Below, piece by piece: positions 1-12,208 of a stretch of 64,000 nt of DNA. The position numbers were made by a program, and so were the translations under genes. The stretch's first letter is position 1; every line of letters starts with the position of its first letter. Below the pieces are notes generated by a model, which saw nothing but the letters and a program-made list of their open reading frames with translations, was not told where the DNA came from and made no database searches. This stretch comes from Lytechinus pictus (Eukaryota), in assembly GCF_037042905.1 (NCBI RefSeq), contig NC_087246.1, positions 62,001 through 126,000 on the forward strand. Reading direction: 5' to 3'.

Positions 1-573
1 AATGTCATCATACATGTAACTTAAAAAGTATATGAACCTAGTTCATTAAACTTGGACATAAGGTAATTAAGTATTAATATATCCTGCCTGAGTGTCGGGT
101 CACATGACCAAGGTCAAAGGTCATTTAGGGTCAATAAACTTTGGCCAAGTTGGGGGTATTTGCTGAATTACCATCATAACTTTAAAGTTAATGGATCTAG
201 TTCATAAAACTTAGACATAAGAGTAATAAAGTATCACTGAACACCCCATGCGAGTTTCAGGTCACATGATCAAGGTCAAATTTTATTTTAGTTCAATGAA
301 CTTTGGTGATGTTGAGATTAATTGTTGAATTGCCATCATATCTTTGAAAGTTTGTGGATGTAGTTTATGAAATGTGGACATACATGTAGGGTGTAATCAA
401 GTATGACTGACAATCCGAAGGTCCAATATAATTTAAGGTCAATGAACGTAGTATTATATCATTACATGTATGGTGTGTTTTGTGAATGAATATTTTTAGT
501 AGTTTTCAGATTTAGCACTGCTGCTATATTGAATTGCGTAATGCAGGCGAGACTGCCAGAGGTGCTCCACTTG
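1..573 (+). mobile_element. HINE-like (Helentron-associated non-autonomous) element, family A, 3' portion
   Basis: ~120-bp internal units containing aaggtcaaaggtca. Ends atgcaggcgagactgccagaggtgctccacttg, matching the end of the full copy at 18839-20382. Confidence 0.8.
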
Positions 574-940
574 ATTGTTTTTTGTTACAATTTGTCTGTG
601 ACATTATTACGAATCAAGGTACTGTCGGATAATTTATTTTTCTGATTTCTAAACGGGAAAAGTGAAAACTGATTCTGATTTTGAGATTGAAAACAGAAAA
701 ACGGTCATTCATCAACAATCTGTATCAGGAATGAAATACCGGTAAAAAAAATAGAGAGTAAACAAATCATTCATTTATCTGTTTTAACATATTTTAACTT
801 GTAGATTTTGCTTTGACAAAACAAAAAATTGAATTGAAATTCTGGTTTCCTTTACATTTTTTTTTTCATTTTTGCTTTCACAAAACAGAAAAGTGAACAT
901 TCTTCTTGTTTCCCTTGTATCTGAAAGTACCATTATTATA

Positions 941-1310
941 TGGTACGATCAGATAATTCATTTTGCTCTGACTAAACAGGATATTGAAACCATGTGCGTG
1001 CACACTGACTTTTTTGCAAGCTTGCATAGGACAGCTATATAATCACGGCCATCCAAAGAGCAGAAATAAAAGAAAAGGAAAACTAGGATGAGGAAGAAAA
1101 AGATGGAGAAGAAGAAGAAGTAGAAGTTTACTCAAATATTCCTCCCTTTTCCCTTCTTTTTCATCTTTATGTTTTTTTCCCCTCTTATTTCTGCTTTTTG
1201 GTCGGCTGTGATTATAGCTGCTCTATGCAAGTTTGCACAAAAGTCAGTGCGCTTCCACATGGTGTCAATATCTTGTTTTGTCAAAGCAAAATAAATTATC
1301 TGATTGTACC
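941..1310. repeat. Fold-back / MITE-like imperfect inverted repeat
   Basis: ggtacgatcagataattcattttgc...aagagcagaaataa is the approximate reverse complement of ttatttctgctttt...gcaaaataaattatctgattgtacc. The centre is purine-rich then pyrimidine-rich. Confidence 0.7.
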
Positions 1311-1998
1311 TTGACAGCAGTTATTTCAGATAGTTTCTTTTACTGATTTCGAAACAGAAAAAGGAAACAAGAAGAGGCGTTCAGTTTTCTGTTTTGCAAA
1401 AAACATATTCTTGTCATTGTAAAATGTGCAGTCACCCTGTTCCTTTCCAGAGAGGGAATAACAAAATCAAATAAAAAAAAAACCCTTGTGCCCTACCCCC
1501 TTAAAAGAGTGAAATGTTTGTGTGGTTTTTTATATTTTCTTGCATGAGGATTGTTTGTGATTATGTCTCTCATATTCAGTATCATTCTCATCTGTATGGT
1601 GTCTTTCTGATCTTTTTCCTTATTCCTTTGGTGAAGTTGTATGGTTGGTTTGTTTCTTTTGCATGTTCTTTTCATCTGAGTACATATTAATATCTTTCTG
1701 ATTTCATGTTTTTTACTGTATATCTCTGATTGTTTTTGGTCTTATTTTTGTGTTGCTCTTTAAAAAATCAATGGGTATCCCCTGTTAAAAGTGGCCATGA
1801 ATCTTCCAAATTCTAATTCATGACCCGATATTCTTTCTTGATTTCAGTATGATTATTTCTAATCTGATATCTATACACTCTCTGTATTACAATACTTATT
1901 TGACTGTATGTATGTTGTTTTATTCCCTTACTCTAGCTGTGTCTGAAAAGAATTGTGACTGGTGTCACATATGATATCAACAAATTTAGTAGTTTTTT

Positions 1999-3291
1999 GT
2001 CTCGCCTGCGTAGCGGAGTGAGACATAGGTATCACTATTTCCGGCGGCGTCGTCGTCAACAATTGTGTTGTACACCCAATAACTTTCTATAGCTTCGAGG
2101 TGGGATCACCAAATTCATACCAGAGGTCCATATCCTGAAGGTACAGGTCAAGTTCGAATATGAGTCGAATTTGAATAAGGTCAAAGGTCAATGAACTTTC
2201 CATGACTGGCACTGTGCTGTGTTGTACACGTAATAACTTTCTATATCTTCGAGGTGGGATCACCAAATTTGTACGAGAGGTCCATATCCTGAAGGCACAG
2301 GTCAAGTTCGAATATGAATCGAATTTGAATAAGGTCAAAGGTCAATGAACTTTCCATGACTGGCACTGTGCTGTGTTGTACACATAATAACTTTCTATAG
2401 CTTCGAGGTGGGATCACCAAATTCATACCAGAGGTCCATCTCCTGAAGGCACAGGTCAAGTTCGAATATGAGTCGAATTTGAATAAGGTCAAAGGTCAAT
2501 GAACTTTCCATGACTGGCACTGTGCTGTGTTGTACACATCACAACTTTCTATGTCTTCGAGGTGGGATCACCAAATTCATACCAGAGGTCCATCTCCTGA
2601 AGGCACAGGTCAAGTTCGAATATGAGTCGAATTTGAATAAGGTCAAAGGTCAATGAACTTTCCATGACTGGCACTGTGCTGTGTTGTACACACAATAACT
2701 TTCTATAGCTTCGATGTGAGATCGCCAAATTCATAACAGACGTCCATCTCTTGAAGGTACAGGTCAAGTTCGAATATGAGTTGAATTTGAATAAGGTCAA
2801 AGGTCAATGAACTTTCCATGACTGGCACTGTGCTGTGTTGTACACATAATAACTTTCTATGTCTTCGAGGTGGGATCACCAAATTCATACCAGAGGTCCA
2901 TCTCCTGAAGGCACAGGTCAAGTTCGAATATGAGTCGAATTTGAATAAGGTCAAAGGTCAATGAACTTTCCATGACTGGCACTGTGCTGTGCTGTACACA
3001 CAATAACTTTCTATATCTTTGAGGTAGGATTGCCAAATTCATACAAGAGGTCCATCTTTTGAAGGTGCAGGTCAAGTTCAAATGTGAGTTGAATTTGATT
3101 AAGGTCAAAGGTCAATGAACTTTCCATGACTGGCACTGTGCTGTGTTGTGCACTCAATAACTTTCTATAGCTTCGAGGTGGGATCGCCAAACTCGTAACA
3201 GAGGTCCATCTAAGTCATATAGCATAGTTTTGACATGCAGTCTCTTCATGACTGCAATATGCAGGCGAGACAACGCTTGGCGTTTGCCTTG
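1999..3291 (+). mobile_element. HINE-like element with ~7.4 internal 154-bp tandem repeats
   Basis: 5' gtctcgcctgcg...gtgagac hairpin followed by a GGC/GTC microsatellite. 154-bp period from ~2064 to 3210. 3' sub-TIR atgcaggcgagac. T-rich flanks. Confidence 0.85.
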
Positions 3292-3902
3292 TTTCTGGTT
3301 AATGCAACTATGACACTTGCACGATATCGGGGCCTGATTAGTTCATGTCTAGTTTGTGCATTAAATTGTACCAGGTCGCTCAGTGATGTGAAGTACATGT
3401 ATGTTGTCTTTGTCTTTCCGTTAATGTCAACAATCATAGTATTGATTATAACATTATGGCAATTATACATGAAGATTGACTTGACCTACAGAAGATTTTT
3501 TTTGCTAGGGACTGGCAAGTGCAATACTCTGTGTAAACACCCTACTCTTTGATGCATAATGTATTTCGTTTAAATGCTATGCCCAGGACCACTATTTGCA
3601 GGCCAGTGCGGAACAGTGCTTGAAGTGTCATGCTAAAACTTTAGAATTTTTAAGATTTTGGCACCAAAAATATTGTGGCCAATTGTCCTGAACTATTTAG
3701 CCAAGAGCCATTTCTAGAAAAAGGTGTCTGTATAAACTTCTAGAGGAATGTTGGGTTAAAAGTTGGGGACTGGTATATTTTACACAATTCCGATTTGAAG
3801 AATCTGATAAGACCAGTTCCTAAACTGATTACGTAAGTTTTGACCACCTAATCTATATAAACAAAAAAAAAGGCTGCCAAATTGATGATTTTCAAGCTAA
3901 TT

Positions 3903-4640
3903 GTCTCACGTGCATAGAGCAAGACTAGGTGCCGCTTTTCCGACGGCAGCTGTGGTGCTGTCAACATTGAAATCTCAACCAAGGTTACATTTTTGAAATG
4001 TCATAACTTAGTATTAAGTATATGGACCTATTTTATGAAACTTGGACTTGAGCTTAATCAAGTATCACTGAACGAATGACTAAGGTCAAAGATTAATGAA
4101 CTTGGTATTTTATTATCATATGAATGATGTTTTGTGAATTATGAATCTTAAATAGTTATAAAGTTAGCTCTGCTGCTATATTAAATTGCATAATGAAGGT
4201 GAGACTGCCAGAGGTGTTCCACTTCTTTCTTCAATATTTCCTCATATTCGTTTTCACCATCATGGTTACTCCAAAATTCATTTGTATCATTTGTGAACAT
4301 TGGTTATTCCCAGACAGAGCAAGAATATGGGCGCCACTTTTACGACAGTGGCGTCATCAAAATTGAAATCTTAACCAAGGTTAATTTTTTTTAAATGTCT
4401 TAATAACTTTGAATGTATATGGATCTTGTTCATTAAGCTTGAATAAAGTAATCAAGTATCACTGAACAAGTGAATCCTTCTCGAGTTTCAGGTCACATAT
4501 CTACGGTCAAGGGTCATTTATCGTCAATGAATTAAGACCATGCTTGGGGAATCAATATCAAAAGCTTAATAACTAAGGTTGAGTTTTTGAAATGTCATCA
4601 ACATATCTCTGAATGCATATGGAGCTAGTTCATGAAAAAA
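3903..4640 (+). mobile_element. Two degenerate/truncated HINE family A copies (3903-4224; ~4313-4640)
   Basis: Recognisable 5' end (gtctcacgtgcatag), unit motifs and 3' end (ggtgagactgccagaggtgttccactt). Confidence 0.7.
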
Positions 4641-5333
4641 ATGCAGCGTAGAGTACAGTTGCTAAGTAGGCCTACTATATTGTATTATTAGTCATACAAA
4701 CCTTGGGTCAGATATTCACTTTATTTTGGGATGATAGTTGGTATAATGCAGATTCTGTAAGGCTAAGAATGATATGTTTAGAACAGATTGAAGAAAAATC
4801 AGACAAAAGAAAACATGGAAAATTTGATCAAAATCAGTTTGATTTGCACTATTTAGGCAAAACAGTTTTATGCAATGTGTTTATGAATATTCAAGGATCA
4901 AATTAATGATGTCATGTCTCCACATGTTCTTTTGATATATTTTAATTTTCATTGTATGAAATTATTTTGATTTAAAATTTTGTCCACAGAAAATAAAACT
5001 ATTGGATTGACAGCAGCTTTAATGCATTGGATATCAGTTACTGCAACCTATTCTATCATAAGTGAGGCCCACACATGTATGAAAATATGAAATAATTATG
5101 ATTTTATCTAAATAACATATTAAAGAAAATTGAAAGTTGGGACAATCTAATGAATATTCAAGATGACTTGCATAGTATCTGTTTTCACAAAATATTGCTC
5201 AACTTTGAAATTCAGTAACTTTGTTATTGTTATCAAATGTTGATGGAATTTTCAGCATTTTGCTCAGTGACTTAATTTCAGTCTGTAGTACCGGTACCCC
5301 TTGAATGGTAATGTTCTGGATATACATGTAGAC

Positions 5334-6214
5334 TAGCCTCTTGTCGAGGCCCTGTCGGCTGCTTCCCGAGCGAAGCAAGGGATATAGCGAAGCAGAGCGC
5401 AGCGAGACAGGGCCTCTTGACATCTGAGCCGAATTTCACCGACTTTCTTTTGTTTTTTATTGTTTTTACCAATATTCGGACCAAAAACTGGTCGGTGAAA
5501 ATCATCCAATGAGAGCGCGGGCTGCTATGATGACATATTGAATATTCATGAGCTCATCTTGAATGGCGAGCCGTGGATTCTTGGCGAAGAGTGACGACAA
5601 AATATCAAAGAGCATTGAATATATTGACCGATTTAAGGATTTGCAAGTCGATGAAATTAAATCTGCACTGAAAGGACGAGATGTTTTTGTAAATCTACCC
5701 ACAGGATTTTGAAAAAATGTAATCTTTCATGCGATTCCACTATGCGTTGATTATCGATCTCCGCGGTGCAGTGAGGGAATGCTGGAGTCGAGTTGTTCAG
5801 TTAGTGGTGCTTCCCCCTGACTCGAGTCTGACCAGGCCGATCTCCCGGGAAGTTTTGGGGCGGTGATGGGTCTGTTACGGCTAGTACTAGTAGTAGTATT
5901 AGTACCACTACTTGTAGCATTTTGCTGGTTATATCCCCTTTAGTGTCCCGCAATTAAATGAATCCCCTGCAGAATAGTGGACTTCTAGTATTCTGAACCC
6001 CGGACAAAAAAGCTTTGACATGGTTTACTAGGTGACTGGTAATATTCATGACTCATGTATATTCATTAGGAAGATGTTCCTCATGAATATATAATTCAGC
6101 TCAGATGTCAAGAGGCCCTGGCTCGCTGCGCTCACCAGGCCTAAATCGCTTCGCGAATTAAGAAATCCCTTGCTTCGCTCGGGAAGCAGCCGCCAGGGCC
6201 TCGACAAGAGGCTA
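5334..6214 (+). mobile_element. Non-autonomous AcademH-type DNA transposon with RecQ-like helicase remnant
   Basis: TAG...CTA termini and ~100-bp TIRs. 9-bp TSD GATATAGAC (right copy 6215-6223; left copy 5319-5333 interrupted by CATGTA). Helicase motifs inside. Confidence 0.85.
5563..5948 (+). pseudogene. RecQ-family (SF2) helicase N-terminal fragment, disrupted
   Basis: Translation from ATG 5563 gives ...FKDLQVDEIKSALKGRDVFVNLPTGF*KNVIFHAIP (Q motif and Walker A, with TGA where GGA is expected). Motif Ia SILLVISPLVS follows at ~5916-5948. Confidence 0.8.
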
Positions 6215-7464
6215 GATATAGACAGACTACAGCAAATTAAGTTTTGTGCAGCTTCATAGGCCAGAACTCCACTGCTTGCATTAAGTATATTGCTTTGTTT
6301 GGCAACATATCCATAAATCGTAGGCAGTGATTTTACAAACCGACTCAAACCTAATTTTTTGGTCAAATTTTTAGATTTATTTTTTTTGTGCATTCTGAAA
6401 GCCCTTGAATTACAAAATTTCAGATCAAAATTTGCGATATTTTAAAGAATAAGAGCCTATTTAATTGTCTTACATACCGGCTTAAACCCTTCCTTTGATT
6501 TTTACGCAGTGACATAAAGCATTCTTTGTGTACTATAAAGACTGGCATGGCTCGCAGAGGTCAAAGATCCGACCTACATGTTGTGTGTATGCGGTGTATG
6601 TATGTGGTTTTTGCCGCTCAAAAATACATGTGCATGGCATTGGATGATTTTATGAACTGGCTCAAAACGTGGTTTGTGTTGCTAAATAACAATGCGCATG
6701 GTATGTGTGATTATACGAAGTGACTTTTACCTCTTTTAGTAAAAATATACAGTTTCTGAAATGCAAACCTGCACTTCATTTCAATTATTGAAAAACTAAG
6801 TTCAAAGTGCGAACAAAATTTTGCATATTATAAAAAAACAGAATGAAAGCTTTAAATTTGTATAAATAATTGATCTGGATCTTTCTAACACAGAGTTAAT
6901 TATTAGAGTTGGAGAAACCTCCAAACTTTGAACATGATTATCTGGAAACCATATTTTGGAGATCAGCCAAGGTTTTAGCTGGTTCATAAAATCACTGATG
7001 AAATAACCCGGGGGAGGGTGTTTAAGTGTGACTTAGAGTCGCACTTCAAGATAAATGCCAGTTGTGATAACAATCTCAAAATAAGTTTGAACAGAATCCT
7101 ATCAAATGACCACCCAAGTGTAGTTGCAGAGAAATGTGCAAAAGAAGCATGGAATTCCATAAAATGTTGGGTATTGGCAGAATTATCAGTTTTCAACTAA
7201 GATTTCATGATTCCACAAAGTTCAGTTTATTTCAATGTACCAGATCTAAATTAACCTTTACTTTTATGTTATATTCTAAAGTATTTTAATGTATATAAAT
7301 TTGTGTGTGTGTTATCCCTTCTATATAAGTGATTTCAATGATGCTTTAAGACATTGATTAATATTAATATAGTTTCTGTTGCATTATATATCATGAATAT
7401 AATGTAGATTATTTAGAGATTGACAGACATTTCAATTTTTTGTATATCTTCCGTTACCTCACAG

Positions 7465-8967
7465 ATCATACACCAACGGAAGATGATGATGAGTCTTTTG
7501 ATGACTTCAAGTCTGCTCCTTCTGATAGTGGACCTGCTGAATCAGAGCTGGATCCGTCTCCGGTACCATTCCCTCCTGGGCATGGTCTCAAGTCATCGGC
7601 CAGTCCTGTTGGTCAAGTAAAACATTCTGCAGGAGCTAGTCATGTACCAGTCTTAGTCCCACCAAAAGGAATGTCTTCTAGTACCTTTACTGCAATAGCA
7701 CCTCCACCACACAAAACTAAACCAGGAAGCAATGCAGTGAGACTGTGTGGATCAGAAGAGAAGCTGAGGACAGGAAATGATGACTTTGGAGATTTTAAGG
7801 CAGCTGGTGGTGAGGCCCCAATCCCTTCGCTTGGTCTAAAAGGAAAGGACGAATGGGGATCATTTGCTGGACAACAGTTCAAGCATTCTGCTTCAGAATC
7901 AAATCTGCAAGGATTGAATGATCGCTATGCAGCTCTGCGTGATATGGGAAGTAGTCTCTTTGATTCAGACCCACTAACTACAAGCCAGCCTGCCATTGGT
8001 GTAGCAGGAAATGAGGAGGGTGAGTTCGCAGATTTCCAACAAGCAGGTGTCCTTCCTGTATCATTGTCTGACACAGCAAGCATGAATATTCCTGGAAATC
8101 AAGGAAGTTCTTTTTCAGTGACTGAACATCATCATCAGCAAAACCTTGGTTTTGCTGCATTTTCTCCTCCAAAAGAAGGGTCTGACTGGGCAGAAACAGC
8201 AAAGCAAGATAGAGATATTACAACATCTAGTCCCCATGAAGAGGAATTTGAAGGCTTTTTTAGTACAAGGTCCAATGATTCAAATAAAGATGTAAAAAAC
8301 CAAAATGATGAAGTGGTCACTGATAAATATAGCTCATTGGCTGGACTGCACTCCTTTTTAGTGGATAAAGATGATGAAGTGGAAGAGTCTTTCTTTGGAG
8401 ATTTTCAGGCAAGTTTGAAACCTCATGCACCAACCTCTTCTGCATCAGGATCATCAAGTAAAACTTCTGTGGTGCCATCAAACTCTGGAATTACTTTGTT
8501 CCGTCTTACCCCTCCTCCCATGACATCATCCTCTCCTAGTGAAGATACTCCAGGTGATGATCGTTTCAATGCGCTCAGAGATCTTTCAGCTGTGGATCCG
8601 TTTGATGATGTTGTTACTTCTCCAGGCATAGATGGTACAGGGGCTGACTATTATGAAACACAGTTTACTACTGTAGAGAATGTAAAAGTATCCCATAAAG
8701 CAGAATTAGAATTAGATGATTTAAACATTAATGACCTTCCCCAGACAACTCCACATGAATTGGAACTCACTCTTGACACTCCAAGTAGCACCACAAATAA
8801 ATCTTTTCCAATTGGGTCCATCAATCAATTAGATTTGAAAAACTATGACCTAGATCTGACCATGGAAAGCAATGCTAAAGGGATTACTAATGAGCCAAGA
8901 GAGAGGGTTGAATCATTTGGTGATTTTACTGCAGCCAGTACATCTGAACAGGCTCCTTGTGCTAAAG
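7465..8967 (+). CDS. SYNRG: Synergin gamma, large internal exon (acidic, low complexity, AP-1 gamma-ear binding motifs)
   Basis: Inside the 516-aa ORF. Acceptor cacag|AT, donor AAG|gtatgt, phase 1/1. Motifs DDFGDF, EWGSF, EFADF, FFGDF, SFGDF. Splices in frame to the downstream SYNRG-like exons. Confidence 0.88.
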
Positions 8968-9197
8968 GTATGTTATCTAGTTTCTTATAGTCTACTGCAT
9001 CAATTTTTGAAAATTGTGCGATTCAGTTTTCATAAAATAATTCAATTTTCGGCATAAAACAATATACAATTTGTAAAGTAATGACAAGTAACATAAATAT
9101 AAAAATTGAACCATTCAAAAATTTTGGATATCATTTTTAGTTTGAAAAAATTCATTATTTACGAGGAACCAAATGCTTATTTCTTTCCAAATCATCT

Positions 9198-9335
9198 GGA
9201 GGCGTGATAGTTCAGTCAGTAGAGCAGGGTCTCCGATTCTGCTAAATTGGTTTGGTTTTCCACTTGGTGCGCTAGTGCACATTGGTAAGGCTCCTCATTG
9301 CAAGGTCCCTTTGAGAGGCCTTCAGTTCACTAGTT
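9198..9335 (+). mobile_element. Degenerate tRNA-derived SINE
   Basis: gaggcgtgatagttcagtcagtagagc A-box-like head. Body matches the reverse copy at 48180-48355. Confidence 0.6.
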
Positions 9336-9678
9336 TCTGCTTCAGTCTATTCATTTATGCTTTCTTTCCAATCATACAAAAGTAACCAAATACCATCTGT
9401 CAATTTTGTAATGCTTGGTCTAGAATTTACTCGATTGATTTGTGTACATTCAAAAGTCCTGTAATAAAAGAATTGGACATGGAAATGCATGCCAATAGAA
9501 ATGTCTATTTCCACTTATGCCCCCTCTTTTTCATACATATCAAATTAATTTTATTTTCTCTCTCAATAAAAATAGTAAAATTTGTTACAAGTAGTCGTTG
9601 ATTATATACAAATGACATGACTATGTCCTAAGAATAGAACTTTACCTTTACAGTTCATTTTTCTATGTCTCTCTACAG

Positions 9679-9788
9679 ATGATTCTGGAGGATTATCTTC
9701 ATCAAGTGGTCCCCCTCCCTCTGCTTCTGTACAGAGTGAAACATCATTCTTTGGAGATAGATACTCTCAAGTTGCTGGTGATTCTTCT
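9679..9788 (+). CDS. SYNRG: Synergin gamma exon (DDSGGLSS...FFGDRYSQVAGDSS)
   Basis: tctctacag|AT ... TCT|gtaagt. Phase 1 to 0, open frame linking the neighbouring exons. Confidence 0.85.
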
Positions 9789-9920
9789 GTAAGTAATTTT
9801 CATCAACATCTTTCTAACTCCTGTGGAGATAACCAATATCAGAAATTTGTTGTTTTTGGCAAATTTCAAGTATGATTTTAAGGCCCTCATGTGAACATTT
9901 TAATTTTTGTTAAAACTATA

Positions 9921-10627
9921 TAAACCCCTCAAAAAAGAAATCTGAATTTGGCCATTAGTTTCTCCCAACTCCAGATTTTACACAAAGCATATTTGATATC
10001 ATTAAAAAGGTAATTTAATTCTCTTTAAAATGATACCATGCTTGTTATGATCATGCCATCACGAAACAGCAGGATTCAAAAGTGTTGGATGAGGTCTGAA
10101 TTGAAAAGCTGCAAATGAGCAGAAATAGTCATGATTTCTTTTGTCTGTGTCGATACAGATAAAATCCATTTAAATCAAGCCCCTGCTTCTTCAATTTGTA
10201 TGTTTTGTTGTGGTTTATGTAGTGATGATTCTGTGAGATACCATGGTTTGAGTCGTGGTTTGTAATACCCATGCATGATTGTTTGTTATGTTTGCTTGTG
10301 CAGAGGTGCATTTGATTCCATGTTAATATTGATGTTAAGGTGCATGAAAACAAAAGAAACCGCTGACAAACTCACTCATCACTACGGATAAAAGAACAGT
10401 GACTTTCAATATTGCGTCATTTTGCAACTTTTGAATTTTGACCTTGCCCCACATTTCAAGGCACTGCATCTCCATGTGAACCATAATAATATCATGTAGG
10501 GTATCATTCTAAAGAAAATTAAATGATCTATTCATTGGTATCATATCAATCACACATTAATATTCACTAAAACTGAGGAGGGATTATCAATCAAAGTCAT
10601 ATTTCCAAACTTTTTTTTAGAAGTTTA
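9921..10627. mobile_element. TA-flanked MITE; right-hand part repeated at ~41040-41248
   Basis: Ends aaacccctcaaaaaag and tttccaaacttttttt(g)a(g)..ttt. 10416-10627 is near-identical to 41040-41248. Confidence 0.6.
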
Positions 10628-10888
10628 TATTATATCCACTAGCATTTATTATATAATCTATTAATTTGTTGGTCGGTGCTGGTTGAAACCCTCTACCAAA
10701 CTTCCAGTATGCAATCAATGCAATATCACAATTGCACTAATGTCACAATTGACAAAGAAATGATATGAAAATTATATTTTGTTTTAAGCCCTGAAAAATA
10801 ACTACCTTCCCCCTACTGTTGCATTTTTTGGTATTATGACGTCCGCCATTAGAACCTGTGGGTAACACTTGTATTTTCTTTTGTGCAG

Positions 10889-11039
10889 AATGAAGGACGC
10901 CATTCATCTGAATGGGAGAAGTGTCTCATCAAGTGTTATGAAGTGATGAGTAAAGCAAACTCGATCTTCAATAACATAAGTACTTCATCAGTTTGTAGTG
11001 AAGTTATTGGATCATCTGCAGGGGTTGATTATTTAACAG
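10889..11039 (+). CDS. SYNRG: Synergin gamma exon (NEGRHSSEWEKCL...SVCSEVIGSSAGVDYLT)
   Basis: tgcag|AAT ... ACAG|gtaata. Resembles the vertebrate SYNRG segment EWQRCL...SVCTEVIQS..GMEYL as I recall it. Confidence 0.92.
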
Positions 11040-12161
11040 GTAATAACAGTGGTACTTCATCAAGTTTTAGTTTCATTATTAAACCTTTTACCCATGCGAC
11101 ACAAATTTTGTCTCAAGAGTAGCGCGAGACTTGAAAGAAAAGAGTTGGTAAACGGCGCTGTCAAAAAAGTTTGTGTTGTAGAATTATCACAATATAGCGA
11201 GTTTTTGCTAACTTCAGGGACGCATCATTAGGGTCCGGTAACACAAAAGTTAACAATTAATCATACACTCAATTTTTAAGATTGATTGTACATTATAGTC
11301 AATAGAATCAAACGTAGAAAACTTCTATAATCATTGCTAAGCTATGTGTTACAGCCCATATAGATCTGCTTTTCGCGTGCAAAATTCTTTCGTGCGACAC
11401 CAAGCATGCCTTTCTAAGATGTATGACATGCCTTTCCAATATGTACGACTGGTCATCAGCGTATGCCTGCCTGAGCCGACGGCGGGCCTCTACTATGGCT
11501 GCTAGTTGGAGATATTCGAAATGCTGGGCCTACATGGTAGATTATGACATGGATACAGGGATGCCACTTTTCCGTCTTTAAACGGAATTCCATCTTTTTC
11601 CCTGTTGTCCATCTTATTTCCGTATTTCCGACTTTTCCTGTTTTCTGTGTATTAAAAAAAGTCGGAAAGTCCTCCTTTCCCTCCCTCTCTCTCTCGATTG
11701 CGATGCATGTCGATCGACCAAGTGAGAGATATTTCTATGAGATATTTGCTTTTATACAGTACATAATTTATAAACGCGCGCACTGCCCACTACGTTCATT
11801 GAGTTATGCTTTTATCAAGGCTTTCCGATTGGAATTCTCCATATCCTGGCCAATCAATGCGAGCGACAAGTTCCGAACGCACGCACATAGACAAGCGCAA
11901 AGCAGCGGCACGAATCGCGATATAATAGCGACTGGTAAATACATCTGTAAAGATGATGACGTCATCCAAGATGGCAACTTACTATGACCAACGAAAGGAT
12001 CGAGGATGACTAAGTTTTGATCATCATTTGAAAGGAATTAGCGGTAACTGCGGTCTAAGGTACACGATGTTTCTGAATTTCATATATATGTACCAAAAAC
12101 GATCCGAAAATCGGGTTTCCGCCGAATGTTAGATCTAACGTTACTGCTGCATGCTGATACG

Positions 12162-12208
12162 TAACCCAGGGAGCTCCGGCCCGCTTCGGGCCGGAGCTCC
12201 CTGGGTTA
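12162..12208. mobile_element. 47-bp perfect-hairpin micro-MITE with 9-bp TSD
   Basis: 22-bp perfect arms TAACCCAGGGAGCTCCGGCCCG with loop CTT. Flanked by direct GCTGATACG at 12153-12161 and 12209-12217. Confidence 0.85.

Noticed and set aside
2087..3108. Five near-identical 83-aa minus-strand ORFs
   Set aside because: They are a by-product of the 154-bp tandem unit inside a HINE. There is no coding signature.
2064..3210. CRISPR-like regular array
   Set aside because: Units are contiguous with no unique spacers and no cas genes, in a eukaryotic spliced-gene context.
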